Source: Candidatus Latescibacterota bacterium | GTDB taxonomy: Bacteria; Latescibacterota; UBA2968; UBA8231 | Assembly (NCBI GenBank): GCA_964291625.2 | Contig: OZ220090.1 | Location: forward strand, 768,001 to 832,000 | Reading direction: 5' to 3' | DNA length: 64,000 nt | Part shown: in pieces, positions 38,642 to 49,449 of the stretch | Layout of the letters: the number at the start of each line of letters is the position of its first letter | Position numbering within the stretch: the first letter of the stretch is position 1 | The notes under the pieces: generated by a model | The model's input: only the letters and a program-made list of their open reading frames with translations | Database searches by the model: none | What the model was told of the DNA's origin: nothing | Translations under genes and position numbers: made by a program

Positions 38642-39703
38642 ATGGCCAGATCCCGCCCAAAAGGTAAATCCACGCCGAAGCGAGCCCCCGCCCGTTCCCG
38701 CCGCTCGGAGGCCCGGTCGGGATCCACCCGCGCCCCGGAGACACGGCAGGATCCCGACCTGCTGTGGTTCCTGTACCGGAAGATGGTCGAGATCCGCAAG
38801 TTCGAGGAACACGTCTGGGACGTGTACACACGGGGATGGATGCCGGGGCTGGCCCACCTCTACATCGGCGAGGAATCCGTCGCCGCCGGCGCCTGCGCCG
38901 CCCTGCGTGAGGACGACTACATCACCTCGACCCACCGGGGGCACGGCCACTGCCTGGCCAAGGGCGCCCGCCTAGACCGGATGATGGCCGAGATCATGGG
39001 CAAGGAGTCCGGATACTGTCGCGGCAAGGGCGGATCGATGCACATCGCCGATGTCTCCCTGGGGAACCTCGGGGCCAACGGCATCGTCGGCGGCAGCTTC
39101 GGGATCGCCACCGGCGCCGCCCTGTCCTCGAAGCTGCGGGGGGCCGATCAGGTGGCAGTCTGCTTCTTCGGCGACGGAGCGGCGAACCAGGGCATTCTTC
39201 TGGAGACGGCCAACATGGCCGTCATCTGGGACCTGCCGGTGATCTACCTCTGCGAGAACAACCAGTATGGGGAGCACACCCCCTTCGAGGCGGTCACCGG
39301 CGTCCAGGAGATCGTGGAACGCGCAAGTGGTCTGGGCATGGAGGGGGTGCGGCTCGACGGGTCGGACGTCCTCGCCGTCCACCAGGCCGTGGCCAAGGCC
39401 GTGTCCAAGGCCCGGGGCGGCGGCGGTCCGACCTTCATCGAGGCCGTCACCTACCGCTTCCGAGGTCACCACGTCGGCGACGCCGCGCCCTACCGCACGA
39501 AGGCGGAGCTCGACTGGTGGATGGAGAACAAGGATCCCATCCATCTTCTCGGCCGGACGATGAGCGAGGCGGGGCTGGCCGACTCCGCTCAGCTCGACGA
39601 GCTCCAGCAGCTGGTGGAGGAGGAGGTGCTCGCCGCCGTCGAGTTCGCCCGCAACGAGCCCGACCCCGACCCGTCCCAGGCCTTCGAGGACCTGTACGCC
39701 TGA
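38642..39703 (+). CDS. TPP-dependent dehydrogenase E1 alpha subunit (acetoin/pyruvate type)
   Basis: HLYIGEE, HRGHGH, GKGGSMH, GDGA..CENN, YRFRGH. Confidence 0.92.
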   Translation: MARSRPKGKSTPKRAPARSRRSEARSGSTRAPETRQDPDLLWFLYRKMVEIRKFEEHVWDVYTRGWMPGLAHLYIGEESVAAGACAALREDDYITSTHRGHGHCLAKGARLDRMMAEIMGKESGYCRGKGGSMHIADVSLGNLGANGIVGGSFGIATGAALSSKLRGADQVAVCFFGDGAANQGILLETANMAVIWDLPVIYLCENNQYGEHTPFEAVTGVQEIVERASGLGMEGVRLDGSDVLAVHQAVAKAVSKARGGGGPTFIEAVTYRFRGHHVGDAAPYRTKAELDWWMENKDPIHLLGRTMSEAGLADSAQLDELQQLVEEEVLAAVEFARNEPDPDPSQAFEDLYA

Positions 39704-39713
39704 GGGCGCCCCG

Positions 39714-40700
39714 ATGACACGTGAGATCACCTTCCGCGAGGCCGTGTGCGAGGCCATGGCCGAGGAGATGAGGCGCGATCCGAAGGTCATCCTCATCGGC
39801 GAGGATGTGGGCCCGTCCGGGGGAATCTTCAAGTGCAGCGAGGGGCTCTTCGACGAGTTCGGCCCCGAGAGGGTCATCGACGCTCCCATCTCCGAGGCGG
39901 GCTACGTCGGCGTCAGTGTCGGGGCGGCCATGACCGGCCTGCGGCCCATCGCCGAGCTGATGTTCGGGGACTTCTCTCTGCTCACAATGGACCAGCTCGT
40001 CAACCAGGCCGCCAAGATCCGCTACATGACAGGCGGCCAGTGCAAGGTGCCCCTCACCGTACGTCTCACCATGGGAGCGGGCCGGTCGTCGGCGGCCCAG
40101 CACTCCCAGTCCCTGCACGCCCTGTTCTCCCACATACCGGGCCTGAAGGTGGTCATCCCCTCCTGCCCCGCCGACGCCAAGGGGCTTCTCAAGTCGGCGA
40201 TCCGCGACGACAACCCGGTCCTGGTCTTCGAGGACAAGATGATGTACAACGACAACGGCCCCGTTCCGGAGGAGGAGGAGGCGGTCCCCCTCGGCCGGGC
40301 GGAGGTCCGCAGGTCGGGGTCCGACGTCGCCCTGGTGGCCACTTCAAGCATGGTCGGGCTCGCCCTCGAGGCGGCCGAAGTCCTCGCCGGCGAGGGGGTG
40401 CAGGCCGAGGTCGTCGATCTCCGCAGTCTCTTTCCTCTCGACAAGGATGCTCTCGTCGCCGCGGCGAAAAAGACGGGCTACGTGGTCGTCGTGGACGAGG
40501 GCGCGAGACGTTTCGGCGTTACCGGCGAGCTGGCCTCCATCATTCAGGAGCACGCCTTCGACTGGCTCGACGGACCCGTGGTCAGGGTTGCCGCGGCGGA
40601 CGTACCTGTTCCCTTCAGCCCCGCCTTGGAGATGCCCACGATCCCCGATGCGGCTCTCGTCGTGGAGGCCGTGCGCGGCCTCCGGGGTCGAGGCGATTGA
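39714..40700 (+). CDS. TPP-dependent dehydrogenase E1 beta subunit
   Basis: IGEDV, DAPISE, QHSQS, DAKGLLKSAIRDDNPV. Confidence 0.92.
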   Translation: MTREITFREAVCEAMAEEMRRDPKVILIGEDVGPSGGIFKCSEGLFDEFGPERVIDAPISEAGYVGVSVGAAMTGLRPIAELMFGDFSLLTMDQLVNQAAKIRYMTGGQCKVPLTVRLTMGAGRSSAAQHSQSLHALFSHIPGLKVVIPSCPADAKGLLKSAIRDDNPVLVFEDKMMYNDNGPVPEEEEAVPLGRAEVRRSGSDVALVATSSMVGLALEAAEVLAGEGVQAEVVDLRSLFPLDKDALVAAAKKTGYVVVVDEGARRFGVTGELASIIQEHAFDWLDGPVVRVAAADVPVPFSPALEMPTIPDAALVVEAVRGLRGRGD

Positions 40701-41614
40701 CCCGCCCTCTCTGTCTCGTCACGGGCTCCTCCAGCGGCATTGGCGCCGCCATCGTCCGCCGCTTCGCCGCCCACGGCTACGACGTGGTGGTCCACTACAA
40801 CTCCGGACAGGACCGCGCCCGGGCGATCGCCGACGAGATCTCCGGCCGGCACCAGGTCACGGCCGGGGTCATCGGCGCCGACCTCTCGCAGAGGGACGAG
40901 GCCTTCCGCCTCGTCGACGAGGCCCGCGAGCGCTTCGGGCGCCTCGACGTGGCGATCAGCAACAGCGGCGTGGCCAACTACGTCCGCGGAGACGACGGCG
41001 AGCTGATCCGGCACCGCTTCCAGGAGTGTCCGCCCGAACATCTCGACCGGGAGATGGCCCGCGTCCTCGACCTCAACCTCATGGGCGCCTACCGCTTCGG
41101 GCAGCGCGCTCTCAAGCACATGATCGAGGCCGCGAGGTCCGAGGCCGGCACGGGACGGCCGTCCCATCGAAGCATCCTCTTCATCACCTCCATCTCGGAC
41201 GCCGCGCCGGAGGCGACCCGCATCCCCTACGGCGTCAGCAAGGCCGGCCTCAACCACGTCGTCCTCGGCGCCGCCTTCGAGGCCGGACCTCACAACATCA
41301 CGGTGAACGCCCTGCGGCCCGGTGTCGTCGACACGCCGCTCACGGCCCGTCCTTCGGGGGTGCAGGATCCGGAATCAGGGCGGGAGTACACGGTGGCGGA
41401 GACCTATGGCCTGATGGCGAAGGGCGGCTCCCAGGCCCTCCCCTGGATCGCCGAGCCCGACGACATCGCGGTGGCCGCCCACGCCTTCACGCAGATCCCC
41501 TACATGACGGGGCAACTGGTCGCCGTGGACGGCGGCTTCACCCTCGCCAACGGCTTCCCGAACCGCGAACTGTTTCTCAACGAGGGACTGCGCAGACGCC
41601 GCGGAGGTGACTGA
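40697..41614 (+). CDS. SDR-family NAD(P)-dependent oxidoreductase
   Basis: TGSSSGIG, YGVSK catalytic motif, MTGQLVAVDGG; TTG start overlaps the previous stop. Confidence 0.88.
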   Translation: MTRPLCLVTGSSSGIGAAIVRRFAAHGYDVVVHYNSGQDRARAIADEISGRHQVTAGVIGADLSQRDEAFRLVDEARERFGRLDVAISNSGVANYVRGDDGELIRHRFQECPPEHLDREMARVLDLNLMGAYRFGQRALKHMIEAARSEAGTGRPSHRSILFITSISDAAPEATRIPYGVSKAGLNHVVLGAAFEAGPHNITVNALRPGVVDTPLTARPSGVQDPESGREYTVAETYGLMAKGGSQALPWIAEPDDIAVAAHAFTQIPYMTGQLVAVDGGFTLANGFPNRELFLNEGLRRRRGGD

Positions 41615-41659
41615 AGGGGCGGCCTGGCGGGAGCACGGCCTGGGCGACCGTGCCCCGTG

Positions 41660-42412
41660 CTAGTGTTCCTTGATGCTCCCCATGCGAATGTCGATGTCCT
41701 CGCGGTTGGCTACGCGCTCAAGGGCACCGTCGCGGATCCAGGCCATGCGGTCGCAGGCGCTCAGCATCTTGTCGTCGTGGGTCACCGTGATGATGGTGGA
41801 GCCCATCTCCCCCTGCAGCTTCTTCATGAAATCGATGATCGACTGGCCGGTGTTGCTGTCGAGGTTGCCCGTCGGCTCGTCGGCGAGAATGATCCGCGGG
41901 CTGTTGACGAAGGCCCGGGCGATGGCGACGCGCTGCTGCTGCCCGCCGCTCAGCTCCGAGGGCAGGTGATGGGCGCGGTCGGCGAGCCCGACGATGTCCA
42001 GACACTCCATGGCCCGCTTTTCGCCGTCGGCGGTGCTCATGCCCGCGAAGATCGTCGGCAGGGCGACGTTCATGAGCGCGCTCATCACCGGCAGCAGGTT
42101 GTAGGTCTGGAAGATGTAGCCGAGCTCGAAGCAGCGGACGGCGGCCAGCTTCTGCGGGGACAGGGACGCCAGGTTGACGCCCTCGATCAGGACCTCGCCG
42201 GAGGTCGGCGTCTGGAGCGCCCCGATCTGGTTGAACAAGGTGCTCTTGCCCGAGCCGGAGGGCCCCATGATGGCGAAGAACTCGTTCTCGTAGACCTTGA
42301 CCGTGAGACCCCGCAAGGCGTGGACGTGGGTCGACTCGTCGCGGTTCTTCGCGTTGTACACCATCGTCACGTCGCGGACATCGACGATGACGGAACCACT
42401 CACTTGCGCCAT
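41660..42412 (-). CDS. ABC transporter ATP-binding protein (LolD/MacB-like)
   Basis: [32 protein letters not shown]. Confidence 0.92.
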   Translation of the reverse strand: MAQVSGSVIVDVRDVTMVYNAKNRDESTHVHALRGLTVKVYENEFFAIMGPSGSGKSTLFNQIGALQTPTSGEVLIEGVNLASLSPQKLAAVRCFELGYIFQTYNLLPVMSALMNVALPTIFAGMSTADGEKRAMECLDIVGLADRAHHLPSELSGGQQQRVAIARAFVNSPRIILADEPTGNLDSNTGQSIIDFMKKLQGEMGSTIITVTHDDKMLSACDRMAWIRDGALERVANREDIDIRMGSIKEH

Positions 42413-42558
42413 GGACGGATCCGCTCCTGGCCGGAGCTCGGCGGGTTGGACCTGCGTGAGGGGGAAAATGTAGTTGCGGCCCCCGGCGGGGGTCAATCGA
42501 CCCCGGACAAGCGGGGACGGACGGGACCCGCGCCCCCCCGGCGCCGTCGACCCCGGCC

Positions 42559-44565
42559 TCACCCCGCCCTTCGGTCCTGGCCCTGCTCCTTCAGGCGTGT
42601 GATCTCGTCGCGCAGAGCCGCGGCCTTCTCGAACTCCAGCGCCGTGGCGGCCTCGTTCATCTGGCGCTCGAGCTCGGCCACCATGTCCTCTGCGGCATCC
42701 TCCGCGGCAGCCGCCGAATAGTCCCTCCGCGGCCGCTCCGCCGCCTCGGCCTGCTTGACGCTCTCGAGGACCGATGTGGCCTGCAGGATGTCGGCCCGGG
42801 TCCGCTGAATCGTCTGCGGCGTGATGCCGTGCTCCTCGTTGAAGGCCTGCTGCAGCCGGCGTCGGCGCCCGGTCTCCTCGATCGTCCCCCGCATGGAGTT
42901 CGTCATCTTGTCGCCGTAGAGGATGACCAGGCCGGCCGCGTTGCGGGCGGCGCGGCCCACCGTCTGGATCAGGGCCTGCTCGGAGCGCAGGAACCCCTCC
43001 TTGTCGGCGTCGAGAATCGCCACCAGCGAGACCTCGGGCAGGTCCAGGCCCTCGCGCAGCAGGTTGATCCCCACCAGGACGTCGAACTCCCCCAGGCGCA
43101 GGTCCCGCAGGATGCCGACCCGGTCGAGGGTGTCGATCTCGGAGTGCAGGTAGCGCACGCGGAACCCGAGCTGGGCCAGGTAGTCGGTGAGCTTCTCGGC
43201 CATGCGCTTGGTCAGCACCGTGACCAGGACCCTCTCGCCCCTCTCGGCGCGGGCCCTGATCTCGTCCATGAGGTCGTCGACCTGGTTGCCCAGGGGACGG
43301 ACCTCGATGACCGGATCGACCAGCCCCGTGGGCCGGATCACCTGCTCCACGACGACTCCGCCGGCGCGCTCGAGCTCGTAGGACGCGGGCGTGGCGGAGA
43401 GGAAGATCGTCTGCCCCATGTGCTCCTCGAACTCCTCGAAGTACAGGGGCCGGTTGTCGTACGCCGACGGCAGACGGAAGCCGTGCTCCACGAGCATGTC
43501 CTTGCGCGAGCGGTCGCCCCGCCACATGCCCCGCACCTGGGGGATCGTCATGTGGGACTCGTCGACGAAGAGCAGGAAGTCGTCGGGGAAGTAGTCCATC
43601 AGCACCCACGGCGGCGCCCCCGGTTCTCGGTGGTCCATGTAGCGCGAGTAGTTCTCGATCCCCGGGCAGAAGCCGATCTCGCGGATCATCTCCACGTCGT
43701 AGCGGGTGCGCGTCTCCAGACGATGGGCCTCGACGAGCTTCTCCTGCTCCTGCAACTCCAGCAGCCGCTGCTCCAGCTCGAGGAGGATCGCCTCGCAGGC
43801 GCGCTCGAGCTTGTCCTCGTCGGTGACGTAGGCCTTGGCGGGATAGAGGGTGACGCCCTGGCGCTCGTCGACCTGGCTCCCCGTGACCGCGTCGAGAATG
43901 GTGATCGCCTCCACCTCGTCTCCGAAGAGCTCGATGTGGACCGCGAGATCCTCGGCTGCGGGAACGACTTCGACCACGTCCCCGCGCACGCGGAAGCAGC
44001 CGCGCTTCAACTCGAGGTCGTTGCGGCTGTAGTAGATGTCGATCAGGCGGCGGAGCAGATCGTCCCTCTCGATACGGTCCCCCACCTCGACCGTGAGCCG
44101 CTGGGCCTCGAACTCGCGCGGCGAGCCGATCCCGTAGATGCAGGAGACGGTGGCTACGATGATCGTGTCCCGGCGCTCGAGTAGGGAGCTCATTGCCTTC
44201 AGGCGCAGGCGGTCGATCTCCTCGTTGATATCGACCTCCTTCTCGATGTACGTGTCGGTCGCCGGGCGGTAGGCTTCGGGCTGGTAGTAGTCGTAGTAGC
44301 TGACGAAATACTCCACGGCGTTGTCCGGGAAGTAGCCCCGCAACTCTCCGTAGAGCTGTGCCGCCAGGGTCTTGTTGTGGGAAATGACGAGGGCCGGCCG
44401 GTCGAAGTGGGCGATGACGTTGGCCATGGTGAAGGTCTTGCCGCTGCCCGTCACCCCCAGGAGGGTCTGGCAGGGGGCTCCCCGCTCGATGCCGTCGACG
44501 AGCTCGGCGATGGCCCGCGGTTGGTCTCCCTCGGGCTGGTAGTCGGCGACCAGACGGTATGACAC
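42559..44565 (-). CDS. uvrB: Excinuclease ABC subunit B
   Basis: [25 protein letters not shown]-terminal UVR domain. Confidence 0.99.
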   Translation of the reverse strand: MSYRLVADYQPEGDQPRAIAELVDGIERGAPCQTLLGVTGSGKTFTMANVIAHFDRPALVISHNKTLAAQLYGELRGYFPDNAVEYFVSYYDYYQPEAYRPATDTYIEKEVDINEEIDRLRLKAMSSLLERRDTIIVATVSCIYGIGSPREFEAQRLTVEVGDRIERDDLLRRLIDIYYSRNDLELKRGCFRVRGDVVEVVPAAEDLAVHIELFGDEVEAITILDAVTGSQVDERQGVTLYPAKAYVTDEDKLERACEAILLELEQRLLELQEQEKLVEAHRLETRTRYDVEMIREIGFCPGIENYSRYMDHREPGAPPWVLMDYFPDDFLLFVDESHMTIPQVRGMWRGDRSRKDMLVEHGFRLPSAYDNRPLYFEEFEEHMGQTIFLSATPASYELERAGGVVVEQVIRPTGLVDPVIEVRPLGNQVDDLMDEIRARAERGERVLVTVLTKRMAEKLTDYLAQLGFRVRYLHSEIDTLDRVGILRDLRLGEFDVLVGINLLREGLDLPEVSLVAILDADKEGFLRSEQALIQTVGRAARNAAGLVILYGDKMTNSMRGTIEETGRRRRLQQAFNEEHGITPQTIQRTRADILQATSVLESVKQAEAAERPRRDYSAAAAEDAAEDMVAELERQMNEAATALEFEKAAALRDEITRLKEQGQDRRAG

Positions 44566-44623
44566 GGACCCAAACCCCTTGTCCCTCAGATGATTAGCCC
44601 CTCTCGCGAGCGGCTGGCCGCCG

Positions 44624-44653
44624 AATCTATGCCCCCCGGCGAATCCCTGTCAA
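44624..44653 (-). promoter_or_regulatory. Candidate promoter of uvrB
   Basis: TTGACA-18 nt-TAGATT. Confidence 0.6.
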
Positions 44654-44809
44654 CGTCCTGCCCCCCCAACATCCCTTCCTGGGTGCCATCATGGCGCCTT
44701 TGCCTGCCTTTTGTGCAGCCTCTCCATCCTGACATACTTTCCATGAATCGTTATGTGATCATTGATATCTTGTTGCAGAAGAAACAAATGCAGATTTTTC
44801 CCAAGTGGA

Positions 44810-44825
44810 TGGTACGAATCCTGCT
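44810..44825 (+). promoter_or_regulatory. sigma54 (-24/-12) promoter of dnaK
   Basis: TGGTACGAATCCTGCT with exact GG-N10-GC spacing, 57 nt before the ATG. Confidence 0.6.
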
Positions 44826-44882
44826 CTCTGACGCGTGACTGGAATCATGGAATCCACTTCTCTGGCAAGAGGGAGCTGACAG

Positions 44883-46817
44883 ATGGCCAAGGTGATCGGC
44901 ATCGACCTGGGTACGACGAATTCCTGCGTGGCGGTCATGGAGGGGGAGCCCTCGGTGATCGCCAATTCGGAGGGCGGCCGCACCACGCCGTCCATGGTGG
45001 CTTTCGCCAAGGACGGGGAGCGGCTGGTGGGTCAGACGGCCAAACGCCAGGCGGTGACCAACCCGACGAACACGGTCTTCTCCATCAAGCGCTTCATGGG
45101 CCGCCGCTTCGATGAAGTGGCCCAGGAGATCACCGAGGTGCCCTACGTGGTGAAGAAGGGGCCCCGCGATCTGGCGGTGGTGGAGATCGAGGGAGAGGCG
45201 TCGACGCCGCCGGAGATCGCGGCCATGGTCCTGCAGAAGATGAAGCAGACCGCCGAGGACTACCTCGGAGAGCCGGTGACCCAGGCGGTGATCACGGTGC
45301 CGGCGTACTTCAACGATGCCCAGCGTCAGGCGACCAAGGACGCGGGCACGATCGCCGGGCTGGAGGTGCTGCGCATCGTCAACGAGCCGACGGCGGCGGC
45401 CCTGGCCTACGGGTTGGACAAGGAGACGACTTCGGAGAAGATCGCCGTCTACGACCTGGGAGGAGGCACCTTCGACATCTCCATCCTCGAGCTGGGTGAC
45501 GGCGTCTTCGAGGTGAAGTCCACGAACGGGGACACGCACCTGGGGGGCGACGACTTCGACCAGCGGGTGATCGACTGGATGGCGGAGGCCTTCCAGGCGG
45601 AGGAGGGCATAGATCTCCTCCGGGACCCCATGGCCCTGCAACGCCTGAAAGAGGCGGCGGAGAAAGCCAAGTGCGAGTTGTCGTCGTCGGGATCGACCGA
45701 GATCCACCTGCCCTTCATCACCGCCGACCAGACGGGTCCGAAGCACCTGCAGACCAGCCTCAGCCGGTCGCGGTTCGAGCAACTGGTGGAGGATCTGGTG
45801 CAGCGCACCCGCGGGCCCTGCGAGCAGGCGCTGAAGGACGCGGGACTCGGAGCCGACCAGATCGACGCCGTGATCCTGGTGGGCGGCTCCACCCGCATGC
45901 CGAAGGTCCAGGAGCTGGTGAAGGAGCTCTTCGGCCAGGAGCCCAACCGGGGGGTGAATCCCGACGAGGTCGTGGCCATCGGGGCGGCGATCCAGGCGGG
46001 GGTGCTGTCAGGCGAGGTGGACGACGTCCTTCTGCTCGACGTGACCCCCCTGTCGCTCGGGATCGAGACGATGGGCGGCGTCATGACCAGGCTCATCGAG
46101 CGCAACACGACGATCCCCACCAACAAGAGCCAGATGTTCTCGACGGCGGCCGACAACCAGCCCTCGGTGGAGGTGCACGTCCTTCAGGGCGAGCGGGAGT
46201 TCGCCGCCGACAACCGCACCCTGGGCCGCTTCCACCTGGATGGCATCCCCTCGGCGCCGCGGGGTATGCCGCAGATCGAGGTGAGCTTCGACATCGACGC
46301 CAACGGCATTCTCAACGTGCAGGCTCGCGACAAGGGCACGAGCAAGGAGCAGTCGATCCGCATCGAGTCCTCGAGCGGCCTCGACACCGCGGAGATCGAG
46401 CGGATGCAGAAGGAGGCGGAGGCCAACGCCGAGCAGGACCAGGCGCGCCGTGCCCAGGTGGACAAGCGCAACGAGGCGGACCAGATGGTCTACGCCACCG
46501 AGAAGAGCCTGAAGGAGCACGGCGACAAGCTCGAGGAGGCCGACCGCCAGGCGGTGGAGCAGGCCCTGGGGGAGGCCCGCAAAGCCCTGGAGGGCGACGA
46601 TCCGGAGGCGATCGAGTCGTCGGTGAGCAAGCTGCAGCAGGCTTCCCACAAGCTGGCCGAGGTCGTCTATGCCGAGGCCCAGAAGGAAGAGGAGGCCGCC
46701 TCCGGGACGACCCCTCCACCCCGGCAGCCCGAGGACGCGGGACAGCAGGACCAGGGCACGGGCGCCGTCGACGCCGACTTCGAGGTGGTGGACGAGGAGG
46801 GGAAGAAAAAGGAGTAG
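44883..46817 (+). CDS. dnaK: Chaperone DnaK
   Basis: [32 protein letters not shown] tail. Confidence 0.99.
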   Translation: MAKVIGIDLGTTNSCVAVMEGEPSVIANSEGGRTTPSMVAFAKDGERLVGQTAKRQAVTNPTNTVFSIKRFMGRRFDEVAQEITEVPYVVKKGPRDLAVVEIEGEASTPPEIAAMVLQKMKQTAEDYLGEPVTQAVITVPAYFNDAQRQATKDAGTIAGLEVLRIVNEPTAAALAYGLDKETTSEKIAVYDLGGGTFDISILELGDGVFEVKSTNGDTHLGGDDFDQRVIDWMAEAFQAEEGIDLLRDPMALQRLKEAAEKAKCELSSSGSTEIHLPFITADQTGPKHLQTSLSRSRFEQLVEDLVQRTRGPCEQALKDAGLGADQIDAVILVGGSTRMPKVQELVKELFGQEPNRGVNPDEVVAIGAAIQAGVLSGEVDDVLLLDVTPLSLGIETMGGVMTRLIERNTTIPTNKSQMFSTAADNQPSVEVHVLQGEREFAADNRTLGRFHLDGIPSAPRGMPQIEVSFDIDANGILNVQARDKGTSKEQSIRIESSSGLDTAEIERMQKEAEANAEQDQARRAQVDKRNEADQMVYATEKSLKEHGDKLEEADRQAVEQALGEARKALEGDDPEAIESSVSKLQQASHKLAEVVYAEAQKEEEAASGTTPPPRQPEDAGQQDQGTGAVDADFEVVDEEGKKKE

Positions 46818-46838
46818 AGCCGGGCTGCGGCCCCGGGG

Positions 46839-47876
46839 TCAGGCCCCGGGCCGCAGCAACAGCTTGAGGCCCTCCTGGCGCTCCATCATCTCGAAACCGC
46901 GGCGCCACTCCGCCAGATCCAGTTGGTGGGAGATCAGCTTCTCGTTGTTCAGGATGCCCGAGTCCATGAGCCGCAGGGCTCGCTCCCAGGCCGCCCGCCG
47001 CTGGCCGATGCCGCCGCTCACCCGGAGTTCCTTGTAGGCGATCTTCTCGAAGTCGACCTCCACCCGGCGGCCGGGGAGTCCCATGAGCGAGACCTTGCCG
47101 CGCTTGCGCACGACCTCGAGAGCCAGATCGATGGCCGCCGCGGCTCCGGCGCACTCGATGACGACATCGGCGCCGTAGCCGCCGCTGAGGCCGGCGATGC
47201 GGGCGGCCGCGTCCCCGGCCTCCACGTCGAGGACTTGGTCCACTCCCAGATCCCTCTCGGCGAACCGCAGGCGATCGCGGTCTCGGGAGGTGCCGCAGAG
47301 CACGACCGAACCCCCTTCGGCGGCCGCCACGAGGGCGCTGAAGAGGCCCACGGGACCGGGGCCGATGACGGCGACCAAGTCACCCGCCGTGACTCCGGTC
47401 TGCTCGATCACGGAGTGCACGCAGCAGGCCAGCAGCTCGGTCAGAGCCCCCGCCTCGAAGCTCACTCCATCCGGCAGCCGGTGCACGAACGTGGCGTTGA
47501 CGCGGGGGGCGAAGCAGCCGTCGTGGAAGTAGCCCATCACGGTCCGAGACGGGCACATGTTGTAGTGGCCGCTACGGCAATAGTCGCAACGGCCGCAGAT
47601 CTCGATGCTCGGCTCGCCGGTGACCCGGTCGCCGATGGCGATCTCGTCGCCTGCGTCGCTCCCCTTCTCCACCACGATGCCGCTGAACTCGTGGCCCATC
47701 ACCACGGGGGTGCGGATCTTGTAGTTGATGGTGTCGTGATAGATGTGCAGGTCCGACCCGCAGATCCCCGCGGCCCTCACCTCGACCTTGACCTGCCGAG
47801 GCCCCGGAGGCGCATCGGCGACCTCGCGCAGCTCGACGAAACCCGGGCCACGCTCGTACTTGACGACGGCCTGCAC
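46839..47876 (-). CDS. Zinc-binding alcohol/polyol dehydrogenase
   Basis: CGSD, GHE, CGRCDYC..C structural Zn site, GPGPVG. Confidence 0.92.
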   Translation of the reverse strand: MQAVVKYERGPGFVELREVADAPPGPRQVKVEVRAAGICGSDLHIYHDTINYKIRTPVVMGHEFSGIVVEKGSDAGDEIAIGDRVTGEPSIEICGRCDYCRSGHYNMCPSRTVMGYFHDGCFAPRVNATFVHRLPDGVSFEAGALTELLACCVHSVIEQTGVTAGDLVAVIGPGPVGLFSALVAAAEGGSVVLCGTSRDRDRLRFAERDLGVDQVLDVEAGDAAARIAGLSGGYGADVVIECAGAAAAIDLALEVVRKRGKVSLMGLPGRRVEVDFEKIAYKELRVSGGIGQRRAAWERALRLMDSGILNNEKLISHQLDLAEWRRGFEMMERQEGLKLLLRPGA

Positions 47877-47884
47877 TCTCCGTC

Positions 47885-49000
47885 CTACTCCGCCCCCGAG
47901 ACGGGCTCCCCCGAACCTTCGTCCGGAGGCTCCGCGTCAACGATCAGCTCGATGCGGTCACCCGCCCGGATCTGCCCGGCCCCCGAGAGGGCGACCACTC
48001 TCGACACCCTCGTGCCGATGATCTCGCGAACCTCGATCACCGCGATCCGCCCCCCGGGGTCCTGGTCGTTGCGGCCGGCAGCCGGAAAGACGGCGAAACG
48101 GTACCCGCGGTGGACCCCGTTCTCGCTGCCCATGTTGATGAACATCTCCTCCCCGGACACGGAGAGGACCTCGGGTGTTGCCGAGCCGATCCGGATCCCC
48201 GTGGGCCGCACCAGGGGCACCGACTGCTCCACCAGGTCCTCCATGGCCTCCACCGTGGCCTGACCGATGGCGGTGCTGCGGAACTCCTCCGATCCGTAGG
48301 CCATCTCCCCGAGGTTCGCGAACTGGTAGTCCTGCTTGCGCGGCTTTCCCAGGAGATCGAGGCCGAGACCCCGGTCGATCGTCTCCCGCCGCGAGTGGGC
48401 CGAGCCGATCCGGCCCAAGTCGGAAACCCGGACCAGTTGGACCTCCATCTCGGCCACACCCTTGTAGGACTTGTAGCCGCCGATCAACGGATCGCCCACA
48501 TGGAGCCGCTCCATGTTGTAGTCGAGGAGGGTGCCGCGCGCGAGCACTTCGGCCTGCAGAACCTCGCCGATCCGGCGCAGTTCCCCGTCCGTCCAGCGGG
48601 GCTTGCCGCCACCCGCGACTTCCGCCACCGCCGCGAAGGGCACCACATGCCAGGCAGAGACCTCCTCCATCTCCGTGCTGAGCATGCGTGGAACCTCGCT
48701 TGCCAGATCCCATACGCCGTCGCGAAAACCGGAATCGTCCTCGAAGGGCAGGACGGCGACCCAGGGCCGATAGGCGGCCTCGTCTCCGCCTCGGGAACGC
48801 TGTTCGAGGTAGGCCTGGAGCTGGGCCTCGGAGGGCGGATCCCCGGGTTCCCCGCCGTTGCTCCCGCCGGGACTCGGACCGCTCAGGACCTTGGGCAGGC
48901 AGCCGGCCAGCGCCAGAACCGCCAGGCTCGACAACAGGGGGACAAGGGTCGGCAGGGACATGTGAGAAGGGGTGACTCGTTTGGGGAAACGCTGTCCCAT
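47885..49000 (-). CDS. Lipoprotein with CsgG/FlgT-like domain
   Basis: Lipobox LAGC; VAVLPF..; C-terminal FINMGSENGV..GYRF..IRAGDRI (FlgT_C-like). Confidence 0.6.
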   Translation of the reverse strand: MGQRFPKRVTPSHMSLPTLVPLLSSLAVLALAGCLPKVLSGPSPGGSNGGEPGDPPSEAQLQAYLEQRSRGGDEAAYRPWVAVLPFEDDSGFRDGVWDLASEVPRMLSTEMEEVSAWHVVPFAAVAEVAGGGKPRWTDGELRRIGEVLQAEVLARGTLLDYNMERLHVGDPLIGGYKSYKGVAEMEVQLVRVSDLGRIGSAHSRRETIDRGLGLDLLGKPRKQDYQFANLGEMAYGSEEFRSTAIGQATVEAMEDLVEQSVPLVRPTGIRIGSATPEVLSVSGEEMFINMGSENGVHRGYRFAVFPAAGRNDQDPGGRIAVIEVREIIGTRVSRVVALSGAGQIRAGDRIELIVDAEPPDEGSGEPVSGAE

Positions 49001-49257
49001 GATCTCGGAGGGATCGGCCGGCGCCGGATCCCGTCAGATCAGCTCGCGGAGCCCCTCCATGCCCGCGCGCCGGGCGCGGTTCCTCGCCAGGGCGCCGGGG
49101 CCGCGGGAGACGGCCGACAGCCGGCTGGGGAAGGAAGCAGCTTGCAGAGGGCTCGGATCATCGCGGGGCTTCCGGCCTGGGGCATTCGTGATCCACGTTA
49201 CCTGCCCTGCCCCTCGGGATCAAGCGCCCTTCCGACAGGGAGTGCCGGCGCAAGGCC

Positions 49258-49333
49258 TGGAGCCGCCTCGGGGACTCGAACCCCGAACCGCCTGATTACA
49301 AATCAGGTGCTCTGCCAATTGAGCTAAAGCGGC
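49258..49333 (-). tRNA. tRNA-Thr(TGT)
   Basis: GCCGCTT..TTTGTAA anticodon loop..GTTCGAGTC..AGGCGGCTCCA. Confidence 0.97.
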
Positions 49334-49449
49334 CGACTCACCCTAGCCTGCGCCCCGGACCGATTCCCGTCAAGGTGGTCTCTTGTGGCCGAGGCCCCTT
49401 CCGGTCTATCATGGCCGCCACCACCCTCCACCTCCGGGGAGAAGCACGG

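Noticed and set aside
44594-44617. CIRCE-like TTAGC... between uvrB and dnaK
   Set aside because: Does not match TTAGCACTC-N9-GAGTGCTAA in sequence or spacing.
49258-49333. tRNA-Thr(TGT) as an integration site
   Set aside because: No integrase, no duplicated tRNA 3' end noticed, and no island-like cargo.
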